Source of the DNA: Trichoplax sp. H2
Taxonomy: Eukaryota
Length of the DNA: 64,000 bases
Assembly: GCA_003344405.1 (NCBI GenBank)
Contig: NOWV01000202.1
Coordinates: 1 to 64,000 of the forward strand
Direction: 5' to 3'
Below are positions 1 through 25,037 of the stretch, one piece after another; positions within the stretch are counted from its first letter, which is position 1; every line of letters begins with the position of its first letter. The notes under the pieces were generated by a model. That model had not been told where the DNA came from. It was given only the letters and a program-made list of their open reading frames with translations, and searched no databases. The position numbers were made by a program, and so were the translations under genes.

Positions 1-75
1 CCCTGTCAAACAAGGAACTTGTTTGACAGGGACGGTGAGGGACCTGAGCCGCTGAGCCGGGTAAAATGACTGTAC
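1..75. mobile_element. Foldback/MITE-like element arm (truncated by window edge)
   Basis: Perfect 14-bp inverted repeat CCCTGTCAAACAAG-gaa-CTTGTTTGACAGGG at 1-31. It continues to GTAAAATGACTGTAC (61-75), the reverse complement of 3348-3362. Confidence 0.5.
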
Positions 76-629
76 GTCTGAGCCTTCTGGGCCACCGTAA
101 GCCTGTGTACCGTATTGTACTCTACAGTACTGTACTATACTTTACTGTGCAATGTACTGTACTGTACACAGTTCTGCATGATCGGGTGATTCTGGTCTGG
201 TCTAGCTGTACTGTAACACATCTCGACGCTACTAATACCATACTATAGGAGAAATGGTTGACCTTCGATTACCGTCTTAACCGGAAAATTATCACCATAG
301 CTCACGCCACTTACGCGTACTGTGCATGTGCACTTTTCACTAGCTGGTGCTTCCATTGCTTGCCTGGAGAAGACGATCGCCTGCATCCTCACCAAACAGA
401 TTGGTTAATTACAAGGTATTTATCAACAGTAAGTAGCCTAGAAAAGGTCAACAAGCTAAGAGGAGATCGATGATTATTCTACTGTTCTTATCAAGATAAT
501 CATAAGCTTAATGGCTTGAAGAAGTGATCTTATCAGATAGTAATCAAGTAGAAATGAACGTTGTTAGCAGACTTTTGAACGAGGTTACTTGGTTATTTTG
601 TATAAATATATATATATTTACTTTTGTAG

Positions 630-1766
630 ATGGGTTTGATCCTAATTTTGGGCTATGTGGCTGCTGCCATTCTAGGATTAGAGGCTCTTTATGCAGTTGT
701 ACGCTTTTTACGTCTCTTTGTTCTTCCCAAAGCTGGCTTTCGATATAATTTAAGCAAATTAGGCCAATGGGCCATTGTAACGGGCTCAACAGATGGTATT
801 GGTAAAGGTTATGCCAAAGCGTTAGCGCGTCGTGGCTTAAACGTCTACCTAATCAGTAGAAATTACAGTAAATTGCAAGATGTTGAGAAAGAAATTAAAG
901 CAATCAATGACAAGATTGATGTTAAAATCCTTGCTATCGATTTTTCAAAGCTATCCGATATCTATTCACAAATTGAATCAGGTAACCCAATACCTCTAAC
1001 CAATGCAATGAGGTGTACAAGTAGTATTATGAGGCTAGGATGTAACTCAAAAATGGCTAATTTGCATGACGATCCATTTTTATAATACGATATGTTAGTT
1101 AGAGATTTGTAGCTCCAATAGATTATATCGATCTCAAATTATGCGTCTATTCTAAGCCTTTGCTTACTTCTTGGCATGTTGCCCTTTGCAGAGATTGCTA
1201 ACTTGGATATTGGAGTTCTCGTTAATAATGTTGGTGTCAGTTGCGCCTATCCTGAATATTACTTGGACATAGACAAGCAAGTAACTCAAAATATTGTCAA
1301 TGTTAATATAGTATCCATCAATGAAATGACGCGAGTCGTTCTACCTAAAATGGTGGCCAAAAAGAAGGGTGCAATTATTAATATTGCATCGATATCTGCC
1401 GAAACGCCGACTCCTTTATTGGCTGTCTATGCTGCAAGTAAATCTTATGTCGACTCGGTAACCCTCGCATTTCAAAAGGAGTATCAAAGTAAAGGGATCA
1501 TTATCCAATCTGTACTGCCTGCCTTTGTTTGCTCTAATATGAGCAAAATAAGACGGTCGTCTCTTTTTGCTCCTTCTGCTGATACTTTCGCCACTAGCGC
1601 ACTCAATACTGTAGGAATTGCAAATAGAACTCATGGATATTGGCCTCATGAATTACAAGCATGTATTACCAATTTATTACCGAGATCCGCAAAGATTTCA
1701 TTGTACTTTAGTCAATTGTCTGGCTTGCGGGTAAAAGCTTTAAAATACCTTACCAAGCAGAAATAA
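630..1766 (+). CDS. HSD17B12: Very-long-chain 3-ketoacyl-CoA reductase (HSD17B12/KAR-like short-chain dehydrogenase), 2 exons
   Basis: Exons 630-981 and 1192-1766 join in frame across a GT-AG phase-1 intron (...QIES/E/IANLD...). Hydrophobic N-terminal anchor, SDR cofactor motif TGSTDGIG, LVNNVG and catalytic YAASK. Confidence 0.88.
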
Positions 1767-2613
1767 TTGACCAAATTCAATTTAAACAGTAAAAGCTTTT
1801 TCTTGCATACAAGTGTAGCTCTAAAAAATTGATGCAAAAGTTATCATTTTGCTCTCATAGAACGTCAACATTAAATATTCTTAGCTGAGATGTTATTGAT
1901 TTACCGTTGGATTATTATGCATAATAGTATATTTAGCCTATAATATTGCATGGCATACGATAGGTATTTGTGAAGTAACTATCCTTCCTATATTCAATTA
2001 AATTAGACCATTTCATTATTGTCTTTATAGCTAATGACCAACCTATAATATGCCTTGCTCTTTAAATGAAATAGAACTGATGATCAATCAATCCACTCAA
2101 TCACGGATAATTACGATAGCTGATTTTGTTATCTATATCTCTACATCTTCGATGTATAATAATTTTTCGAGAAATTCAATAACACGGAAATCGGTTACGA
2201 ATTTTCAATTACAGCTAGTCGTAAAGATGTACATCTTATTTTTAAACGAAAAACATGGTCACTAATTCTGTTCTACAATTATAGGATTTAATCTATATCT
2301 ACGGTAGCTTATTACTGGTAGTATCTGTTTTACTGTTGGTAAAATATTCAAGAGTTGTTGTTATTTGATGTAATAACTATTCAGCAAATAATTGATAAAT
2401 AAATATTACTTTTACTGTAAGTACTCCATTTATAGCTGGTATACTAGAAGGACGCTGTTAAACTACGGCTCGTTTACTGTTTACATAGCCAGTAGCAGCC
2501 TAGTTGGTCTAATCGTGTACCAGGCCTGTAAGCTAGGCAAGGATAGCAAGACGTCTACTGTTATAAAAGAGTTAATTAAATTAACTGTAAGCCCACATCT
2601 CCTTGACCTCTTG

Positions 2614-3330
2614 AGTTATTAACTACTGCAGTATACTCGTACTCTTACGTAGTTGTTAGGGATCGTGCCAGTTGTCAAGGGTAGGAGCAGATGCTCTGGA
2701 TCAACTGTCGTGTAATACCCATTAGTGTACAGGAATATTGCAACACTACAAAGTCTAGCTGACCTAATGGAAAAGTATTCCGCCCCCGTAATAACAAATT
2801 TCCAAGTTTCCGTCCATAACTTCCATCCATAACCTCCATCCATAACCTAGTAGCTTTCTTAAGTTCAGATTATTTCATACAATACTTTACGAGTTTACGT
2901 AATCAAATTCCATTCTGCTTAGTAACAATAAATCATTCATACGCTCTAATTGTATAAACGATTTTACGTAATCATATATAGTCTTCGCGCAGACGTACAG
3001 TAATTATCAATAGAGTATATCGCGCGTATCTACGCATCTACATCTACAGCAGTTAACCNNNNNNNNNNNNNNNNNNNNGTTATTAACTACTGCAGTATAC
3101 TCGTACTCTTACTTAGTTGTTAGGGATCGTGCCAGTTATCAAGGGCAGGAGCAGATGCTCTGGATCAACTGTCGTGTAATGCCCATTAGTGTACAGGAAT
3201 ATTGCAACACTACAAAGTCTAGCTGACCTAATGGAAAAGTATTCCGCCCCCGTAATAACAAATTTCCAAGTTTCCATCCATAACCTCCATCCATAACCTA
3301 GTAGCTTTCTTAAGTTCAGATTATTTCATA
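2614..3330. repeat. ~260-bp direct duplication flanking N gap (2614-2879 vs 3079-3330); probably two haplotypes
   Basis: Near-identical copies on either side of the gap at 3059-3078, differing by a few substitutions and one short CCATCCATAAC-type unit. Confidence 0.85.
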
Positions 3331-3343
3331 CTGTACAGTACTG

Positions 3344-3570
3344 TACAGTACAGTCATTTTACGCTTAGGTCCCTGTCAAACAAGGAGGGGAATACGCAAG
3401 ATGTCATACAGAGCACAGTAAAAAGCTACGCATGCGTACAGTACTTTTACGCTCTGGTCACTGTCAAACAAGGAAGGAAATACGCACGATGTCATACGGA
3501 ACACAGTAACAAGCTACACATGCATACCTTGTTTGACAGGGACCTGAGTCCTGAGCGTAAAGTACTGTAC
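3344..3570. mobile_element. MITE-like element with imperfect terminal inverted repeats and internal ~89-bp direct repeat
   Basis: Left arm TTTACGCTTAGGTCCCTGTCAAACAAGG (3358-3385); inverted right arm CCTTGTTTGACAGGGACCTGAG...GCGTAAA (3527-3561). The left unit is repeated at about 3444-3526. No ORF. Confidence 0.55.
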
Positions 3571-3589
3571 TGTACTGTACTGTAGAGCA

Positions 3590-4000
3590 CGGCTCTGGTT
3601 CTCAGCCAATACTGTACAGTACTGTACAGCAATAAGTATCGTAACATTACGCATGCGTAGAGGCAGCATGTTATTTATTGTACAGTGTACAGTACTGTAG
3701 AGCACCGCTTTGGTTCTCAGCCAATACAGTACAGTACTGTAACTGTACAGTACTGTACAGTACAGCAATAATTCTGATAACATCACGCATGCGTAGAGTC
3801 AGCATCTTCTACATTGTACTGTACAGTACGGCTTTGGTTCTCAGCCAATACAGTACTGTACAGCAATAAGTATCACAACATCACGCATGCGTAGAGCCAG
3901 CATCTTGTACTGTACATTGTACTATACAGTACAGCCAATACAGTACTGTACACTAGTACTGTACAGCAATAAGTATGGTAACATCACGCATGTGTATAAC
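3590..4000 (+). repeat. Imperfect tandem repeat (~90-125 bp, 4 copies) with CCAAT and ACGCATG(C/T)GT in each unit, upstream of POLQ
   Basis: CAGCCAATA at about 3603, 3718, 3842 and 3932. ACGCATGCGT at about 3649, 3786 and 3883; the fourth unit has ACGCATGTGT. Spacers are made of TACAG/TACTG units. Confidence 0.8.
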
Positions 4001-4668
4001 CAGGAGAAGCATTATTGCAACGCGCATGTGCACAAACGGCAGGATCGTGTCATACTGTGCATGCGCTTTGCCAACCTCACAATTTAAAAAAAGAGAGGCA
4101 GATTTAAAATCTGGAGGCCAAATGGCTACCATTTCTGTACTTCCGTCGCTTGGAAAAATAGTTTGCCTTGTCTATCTTGGTAGACTGTGTGTTGAGTATT
4201 ATTTTTCACCTTGTTGTAGACGTAGTATTCAAATCCACTCGATATCATCATTTTGAGTCATAACCAGTGTAGACAGTCTCGCTTTCGAGTTTCGACTATC
4301 GTCATCGGTCAAGCCTTGTCGATCATAAGCAATGGAGCATCCTTGCTTGTCGCTTTCTTGAATTGAAGCATTATAGTAGTACAGTATTATTGACATTGAT
4401 TAATTGACATAAAGTTTCTTCTCAAGACTGCCAATATTACTTCTATAGTACGTAAATTACCATCAGAGGATTGACCATTCATTAGTTATTTCACTGTGAT
4501 TAAAATTTTGGTTGTTGACTTCACACTTAGCAAGGGATATCATGGCTGCTCGCGTCTTAGAGTCACGATAGCTTGCAATCATTTTGCCTTGCCTTACCAT
4601 CATTGAGGGATTATATCAAAAGGATAATGATATCTTTGCGTGATACAATTTTTTAATCGATTTTAGTA

Positions 4669-13555
<8,887 letters not shown>

Positions 13556-14874
13556 TCATGTAATTTATTTTTTACCCAATTGAAAATGCTATTATATTGA
13601 ACTATTTATTGATCACTTTATTGATCGTTTTATTAATCTTTTCGATGTAACAACAACAGATGGTACAAATCCGATAAAGCGAGTGTTTTCAGATTTTGAT
13701 AGATAATAAACTACTTCTACCAAGGGCAACATCTGTACCTATCTTAACCTTGTAAATTCTACGTTAGAGGTATCTAATTTATTTATACTGAATATATTGT
13801 TGTCTTCAGTGCAGTAAGTGTAAATTAATACTGTATAAATTGGCTTGTATGATAAAGCTTTGTAGCACCTGCAAAATGTATTAAAATAATGACTAACTTT
13901 GTCGACTGTATATTTCAGAGTATGAACTATTTGACAGGTGTATGAATCGATTGTATAGTTATTTAATATAGACTTTGAATTGAATTTCATATAGGTGTAG
14001 TCAATAAAATTATATTTTTCAATTTCTTAGCCTAATATAAACCAGGATTATTAATTACACGATAAATGTCATCATTATAATCGTTACATTATACGTACAG
14101 TATATCTTACGTATGTATCATTTTTGCAGTAGTTATACCTTCATGTACTGTATGTGTATTAAATAATAATTTTAGCTGTACAGTATTATACACTTCGTCT
14201 CTACTCGTAGTCTGCTATCTGTGCAAACTCTGAAACTTAGCCCAGCCTATACAGAATGCATATTCATTGCGACGTATGTATATTAAGTGCGTGTTCGTGG
14301 CTATGAAGTAGATATAAGATGTCAGTTTTGGAATTATACAGTCATGAAATTTATAGCAGTCATACTGAAAGGAGAAATCTGATTTCACTAAAGACTAAGA
14401 GGAACTTCAAAAAGTATTACTGTTTAAGCTTTTCAATACATAAAATTTTAATATGGATAAACTAGACCATACAAATATTATTTATTCCTACGTAATAACT
14501 TTAATATTTCCAGTGTTGCGAAGTGAAATTGAGATGCTTCCAAAGTGAACAACATTAAAATTATTATATTCATGTCAAAACCGACATATATCTATATATT
14601 CAACAATATTTTGCGTGCGGTTGATCTGAGCTGACTAACGATTTAATAATAGTCGAGCACTATACAAGCATTGTACGCATTCTGATTTAAAAATCAGAGT
14701 GATCGGACAGTAGAGTAAGATCACCATTAAGATGAATACAAACAATTCATAAGCACAATACAGCAGAAGCCCAGTTACTTAACGAATATGTCCATATTTT
14801 AAATATCGGATCTGAAGCATTATATATTATGTATAAAAGAAAGTAAGTAGCCAATACTTAAAAATGATGTTATT

Positions 14875-16979
14875 TTACTTGGTGCTATAATCTAATATGA
14901 TGGATTTTATTTTATTCATATTATTTGCAGCAATTTCTAGAGCCTTTTCACGTCCTTCTTTTAGTACCAAATCGATATAGCCATGTTCATTTTGTAATTT
15001 GTATGCAGCCTCTCTGATTGGTTTTAAACAAGTGATAATGACATCGGCTAAAGCTTCCTTAAATTGTTCTGTATTTGAACCTTCAAATTGCTTGCATGTT
15101 TCTTCAACGGTGCATTGATTAAATGCAGAAAATAGTGTAACAAGATTTGAGACACCAGGTCTAAGATCCGGATCATAACTTATAGCAGAGTTGGAATCAG
15201 TTACAGCTCTTTTAATCTTATTTCGTATTTCATCAGGTTTATCCGTTAACTCTATTCTGCTCAAAATAGATTTGTCTGATTTACTCATTTTTTGATCAGG
15301 TGATCGCAAATTTTTAACCCTAGGGACATCACCTACATAATTTACGATAAGTATACCAAATCAATTAGAGCTAACATGCTCTTACTAAGATTAAATATTA
15401 ACATTTTAATATATCGAAGATTGCTACTGACCCATAATAACATTTGGTGACGTTAAATATTGGCAATCGTAACGTTTATTGAAGGTTCTGACTAAAGTTT
15501 TGGTTAATTCCAAGTGTTGTACTTGATCATCTCCTACAGGTACGTGCGTTGTCCTTCAGTATGGTTCAGATTGAAGAATTACAGCAGTTAGTAAGCAAGA
15601 GATATCTGCTAAGTTATAAAGTCTGATTTCTATGCCTAATCCGTACTATTATGACGAGTAAGAAGATATTTATATGACTGTTAATTTGATTGAACAGATA
15701 GGGTATACAATGCAATAGTATCTTAATAACATTACTCAAGAAAATAATGCTATACTTGTAAAGTAGAATATCCGCGGCCATTAAAACAGGATAGGTTAGC
15801 ATACCAACATGTACGTTATTATTTGACAGCCCCTGGCTCTTTGTCTAACAGAAACCACTTATTAATCATCAAATCATGATATTGTCGTCTAGCAAAGTAT
15901 TTATAGGTTGAGATACTGTATATGCATTAATAATTTCTATTCCAATTTTATCAAGAATGCATATTTACTTTCCATTGTGTCATACGTGTTAGCCATCCGA
16001 TAGGTGTTAAGCAGGATAACATCCAGCTTAATTCTGCATGCTGAGGGATCTGTAGGAATAGTAAGCCTTGGTCGATTAAGTGATGTCAAGTGATATCTAG
16101 CACGGAAAAGTCAATGTATATGAGCTAGACATACCTGAGATTGCTGGAATAAGATACACCTTGTGGGATCTAAACCACACGCTAATAAACTGAGTGTCAA
16201 TTCCTTTATGGTATAAGATACAGAGTCGGGATTTTGATAAACTAACAGTAAGAATCCATTTGCAAATTAATACAGTTAGTATAGCATTGCGACATGATAG
16301 CAAGCTGATGTTGATAATAATTAATATCTATCACTGTAGAACCTCTAAGAATTTCATTTATGATACTAAAATATCATTACTGTAGCTGCGTTCCAGTATC
16401 CTATGAGCTATTGATGTATGTTATTATTGTAATATTAAGAGTGAGTATTAGTTCTTATCAACCAACCTGAAGTGAGAGCATGTAAATCGACTATACAGTA
16501 TATGAGTTGAGCAGGAGTGTCTTGTAATTCAATCCATCTTTTGATCGCTCCTAAATAATTGCCGATATGAGGCTTACTCGTTGGTTGGATACCGGAGAAG
16601 ATGACATCATCCTTTTTTAATTGAAGTTTATCCAACTACCCGTATGGACGACGTATATTAAAATAATAACAGTAAAAGAGTCAAATGGTTTATAAGTTTG
16701 ATACCATTGCAAAGCAGCATATTATTATCCACTGAGATCCAGCAACACTTGGAGAATGACATAAATAGACACATCTAGAGTTAGAATATTGCATAACAGT
16801 ATACTCGCATACGCGTAAGTGTCTATTGAAATGTCATCCCAGAATAGTGCTGCAAAGCGTACTCTGCTTACATGCGGTTGGGAGCTCATTCTAACTGCTT
16901 GCAGAAAGGAATTTGCCAACATGATCCGCTTTTCTGACATCCTAACATGTCTTATCACTGTATGTAGTGATATCGGCAT
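14875..16979 (-). CDS. WARS2: Mitochondrial tryptophanyl-tRNA synthetase, ~7 exons
   Basis: Exons approximately 16979-16872, 16635-16467, 16242-16134, 16050-15970, 15845-15756, 15554-15432 and 15333-14875. Bacterial-type motifs [53 protein letters not shown] and RPGVSNL. N-terminus is Arg/Ser-rich and poor in acidic residues, like a presequence. Start codon uncertain. Confidence 0.93.
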
Positions 16980-17454
16980 ATTCCTACTGTAGTTTGGTCC
17001 AATAGGTGATCTTAGGATGGAAATACCGGCTACAGATTGGATCCAAAGGCGGCCAATGTTGGCTACGACTGGTGTCTGCAGAGCTCGGTGTACGTCGCGT
17101 AGCTACTACCTATCCCGGTCGAGTCCTTCCTCCCCATAGTCCGTACTGCTTGCAATTCTTATTCAACTGTACAGTATGGGTGCACTAGAGCAGTAGTAAA
17201 TGAATTGAGCTCACCAGAGTTGGAATACTTGGACCATACACGTCGCAATAGTCAACAACTGTTGCTATTTGAAACCATACCAATGGCGGGATTGAAAGCG
17301 CTAATACTAATTAATTAATTATGCCCTGCAGCTACGTACTATAGACTACAGTACTCTGGCTTTTTCGTATAAGGATGCCTAGATTACTCAATAGTACATG
17401 ATTAAGCCTGTTGTAGTTTCCTAAAGGTATCACCAATGTTGGAGAAAGACCTCC

Positions 17455-18400
17455 AGCAGTTCAACTCTTCCGGAAATGACTTTGATGAAATCAAACATTA
17501 AATCTATACTGTACTTGTTGTAGTTATTCCTTGGCTAAATGCAATAAGAAATTTGCTGGAGCTGTCGGCCTCCAACCCAACCCCCCTCATTTCGTACAGA
17601 ACGGTGTCCACAACGTACATTGTAGGCCTACTAGCCATCAATGGAACCTCTATCTACCTGCTACCTCCATGGCTGCTTCCGCCACAACAAGGGATTTCTA
17701 TTAGCAATCGCTGCTCCAACCATAGAGGTGACAGAAAATGGGCCATTTTCTATCTCCTCTATCCCCCCCNNNNNNNNNNNNNNNNNNNNCCAGCAGTTCA
17801 ACTCTTCCGGAAATGACTTTGATCAAATCAAACATTAAATCTATACTGTACTTGCTGTAGTTATTCCTTGGCTAAATGCAATAAGAAATTTGCTGGAGCT
17901 GTCCCCCCCGGCTGCAACCTCCACCTCCACAGCCCTAACCCTAAGTTGGTGGGTTATAATTTGCAGTGTAGGCCTACTAGCCATCAATGGAACCTCTATC
18001 TACCTGCTACCTCCAAGGCTGCTATACTAGTGTCTTGCTGCTTCCGCCCCAACAAGGGACTTCTATTAGCAATCGCTGCTCGAATCATAGAGGTACAAAG
18101 AAAATCGGCCATTTTCTTTCATCGCTATCCCCAGATGCACCCTCCACCCTCAAGGCCCCAACCCTAAGTTGGTGGGTTATAAGTTACAGTGTAGGCCTAC
18201 TTGCCATCAAGGGAACCTCTATCTACCTGCTACCTCCATGGCTGCTATACTAGTTCCTAGCTGCTTCCGCCCCATCAAGGGACTTCTATTAGCAATCGCT
18301 GCTCTAATCCTACAGGTACAAGAAAATCAGCCATTTTCTTTCACTACTATCCCTCGGCTGCAACTTCCAACCCCCCAAAGCCCCAACACTAAGTTCACAA
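17455..18400. repeat. Tandem repeat (~223-bp unit, ~3 copies) plus duplicated flank across N gap, in the WARS2/KATNA1 divergent intergenic region
   Basis: TGTAGGCCTACT...TTCTATTAGCAATCGCTGCTC units start at about 17621, 17967 and 18190. Segment 17455-17565 recurs at about 17790-17900, after the gap at 17770-17789. Confidence 0.85.
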
Positions 18401-18861
18401 CACTATAAGGTATGCGCAGCCGTACAGCATACTGTACCATCCTCTACAGTACCGTCCAGTTTCCACTGGGTTGTTGATTTCAAATTTCTCCTACTTGTAC
18501 AGTACTGTACCAACGGCTTTTTATCGACTGTGACAGTAGTAAGACGCAATCAGCCCTTGTGACTGGGTATCAACCCTGTCAAGATTGCTGCCTGCTCCAA
18601 AGTGACTATGCAATACATTACTGTACCAGGGTGGCAATAGGGACACCGGTGATAGCCCAACTTGATACGGTAGCTCATCACCGTAGTGGATTAAGTATAA
18701 GAGACGGTGAAGGGAAGGTAAGCCATCTTCCACCGCCATTCCTCCACTTTTCAATGATTGTTGCTTCTTCGCCAGCACTATTGGATTGAAGAAAATCATT
18801 TCTTGTTCATCGATACAGTCGATTGATTTCACCGAGAGTCTATGTTGAATCTGTGAGAGTC

Positions 18862-21928
<3,067 letters not shown>

Positions 21929-24900
21929 TTTAACAAGCTTTTTCCCATTTTTAATACGCCGGGACCGTTTATACCTGCTACTGATACTTTCACAATTGGA
22001 TCGAATATACGTGTTATTGTAACGGAGTATTTTACGAAAGAATGCTCTGATTTCGAAACTATAACAATATATGTGCTCAACGTTAGTTATACAACTATTT
22101 GTGTTGATCAAATTGAACGAGTGCGTAGCACATTGTCAGCACAGCTGCATTGACGCTACAACGAAATTTAAATTTAATGAATCTTGTTAGGTGTCGAGTA
22201 ACTACAATACTGATCTATTTTGTATGTTACAAGATTTAAAGCACGGTAACGCTTACATTAACACGTACATATTCCAGCATTATCAGCCATGCATATGCGT
22301 ATATATATACATATATATATATAAAAATGTTCTATATTACCGTATTAGAAATTCATATTGTAGATTTCTAGGAAATTTTTTATTTTATTGTTTACTGTAT
22401 ACACAATTAACCAGCTGTTGAAAAGTATTTCGAATTATAAATATTTTTTTTGTTTTCATACACTGTAAAGCCATTCAGGACTTACCTGCTCTAATGTAAT
22501 TATTCGATAGTGATATAAAGGTACGATCGTAACAAATTCTAATATGCAACTTCGGGTCGGAATAAAGTGTGACAGTTGATTTCATCTCTAAAGGTGATCA
22601 TCATTAACTATAGTATTACATCTTACATAGGCGAGGTAGTTTATGGTATAAAAGATGATGTACAGTGTTTCAAATGTTAAATATTATGGTAAGGAGATTA
22701 ACACTGGTTTGCAAATAGTGTGATAACGTTGATATTATAGTACCTTTCATGTAACTAAAGTCAAACATGTCCCTAAAATGTATATTAAATATCTATGTCG
22801 TCGAAATAGATGTAAACACCCGATCAAACTTTGCTCTGATGCATTTGTAAGTCATAAGTATCGATGGATGCGCGTTAATGACATATTTCTTACGTTAAGA
22901 TATTTAACATGTTACAAGTGTACTTCCTATCTACCTCTTTTCCACTTATAATGCCTATATGATATTTACGTAGGATACGACATTTCACGTAGATAAATAA
23001 TAAAGTTAGCAAAAGACTACTCGACTTTTTAGGTGTTTTTAAAAAGCAACATCAATAACTTGACTAACAATTAGAGTTGAAATAAATTTAATATAGCTTC
23101 GCCTTCACTCACCCTGAGGTGAGCAGTTAATTAAAAAGATCCTTAGTGTTGAAGCATAATTCTAGAAGGTTTAATAATTTTAAACCAACTTAATATATTA
23201 TTGATAAGGGTAAATTTAAAATGTTATCATGAAAAAAGGAGCTATAGCAAAAATTAGCATTGATTGATTTTTATACAGTAATTATCTAACAAGCCAATGC
23301 TGTGGCAACTATTTTAATTACTTTCTGGAGAACAACATTCATTTGTCAGTAGAGCTATCAGAATAATGCACTAGTTATAAAAGTCTTAGTGCTAGTGTAT
23401 TCATAAATCTGATTGAATAAAGAAGGTAGAGTAATTATAATAAGTTAATTGTAAGAGTAAATAGACAAAAGATGATGCTGTGCAATTATTTCCTTTAATT
23501 TAGCGCCGCCATTCTTTCATAGAACAACTGTTTTACCAGGTAAACAGCAACATTAGACCGATTAACTGGTGTATTCTAGTCATTGAATAACAATACTATT
23601 TAAAAATGCTCAACAGTGGCTAATATGACTAGCTAATGTAATGAAATTTTCCTCCGATTAAATATATATTTAAATCCTACTCATTATTGATGAAATAGAA
23701 GTAAACATGACAGACTGACTAAGGTAGTTATTATTCGTTCTGTACCTTTAAGTACCAACAGCGTAACTTTTGATACTGAGAATAAGGAAGAATTCATCTT
23801 GATATACAAATTATTAGTTAGCATGGAGATACATTCGTAATTTAATAGATTTTCATTGTAACAGAGCATTTACTGCTCTTGATTGATTGAGTAGATTCAT
23901 TTTACTTATACGATTACTTAAATCAATCAATATCGAATAAGATTCCTGCAACTTGCCTGCGATGGTATAGACATGCCAATAGATTGCACTCCGCTCATTA
24001 TAGCAGTTTTGTATTACAATGCGAACAGAACTTAATATAGTTCAATTACTTAATGGAGTATTCATTGCACTATGCATACAGCTAAAGAAGCATTGCTAGG
24101 ATTCTGTATAGGTAGAAACTTAAAAGAGAAGGTAGTGGAGAAGCTGGTAATTAAAATTGCACGAAGAAATTTTCACACGAGAGGATGTAAACTACTAATC
24201 AAAAAAGTTATTAGACATAGCAATAAAAAATTGATCACAGAGTGTAAATGGATTAAATATTCTACTAACTTAAACCATATAAAGAGAACATCGAATTAAT
24301 AGCATTAGCAATCTTTTGCTGTGACTTAACCTAGCATATTTAGATCTATCACCATCAATAAATATCAGTATGTACTCTCAAGGCCTCAGGTGTAAATACT
24401 TAGGTGTATAGGTTCTCAATACTTTTAATGCGAGATATACAGGGATCCTACCTAACTTATCGAATTGAATATAGAACTACAAATTATTTAGCTTTAAAGA
24501 CACATTTCTTATTCGGTCAGTAGCTCTGTCCATAATGTTTTACCAAATCCAAGAAAGTTGGTATTGTTAATCAACAGAATAATCATTTTTAGAGAAAAGA
24601 TTCATGAACATTATTATCAAATCTCACGATCTGATTCTAGACAATTGTTGAAGGAGTAACATTTATATGCAACTTCCTTTAAAATATAAAATTTATGCAT
24701 ATGTGACGCAAATTATGGTCAATCATTTATCGACATACTGTGTGCAATCAACTTTTTTAGTAACGTGCGAGAATTTAAACTTGAGTAAAATCCATATTTA
24801 GCTTCGTGTAATATCCTATAATAGCACTCAGAGATCCTCTATCGTAATTATTACATGCTAAATTAAGTTAACGATGGTGTGCAACAGCATTATTGAGCAG

Positions 24901-25037
24901 TATACAAGCTATAAATTATATTATGTATGAAAATCTGTGTATTGACTTGTCTTGAGAGTCGAGTTTCATCGAAATATAAATTCATCAGCTCGATGAAATA
25001 TCTGATCATTTCTTGATATAGTATTGTAAGAAGAATC

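Noticed and set aside
3514..4256. ORFs rich in Y/C/T/V/L/S/Q (also 66-248 and 40665-41074)
   Set aside because: Low-complexity translation of TACAG/TACTG tracts.
17553..18408. Several overlapping 65-99 aa ORFs
   Set aside because: They translate the ~223-bp repeat in different frames, and two run through the N gap.
22100..25000. 3-kb stretch between KATNA1 and the VRK gene
   Set aside because: AT-rich, only short spurious ORFs; no repeat, RNA gene or exon chain detected by eye.
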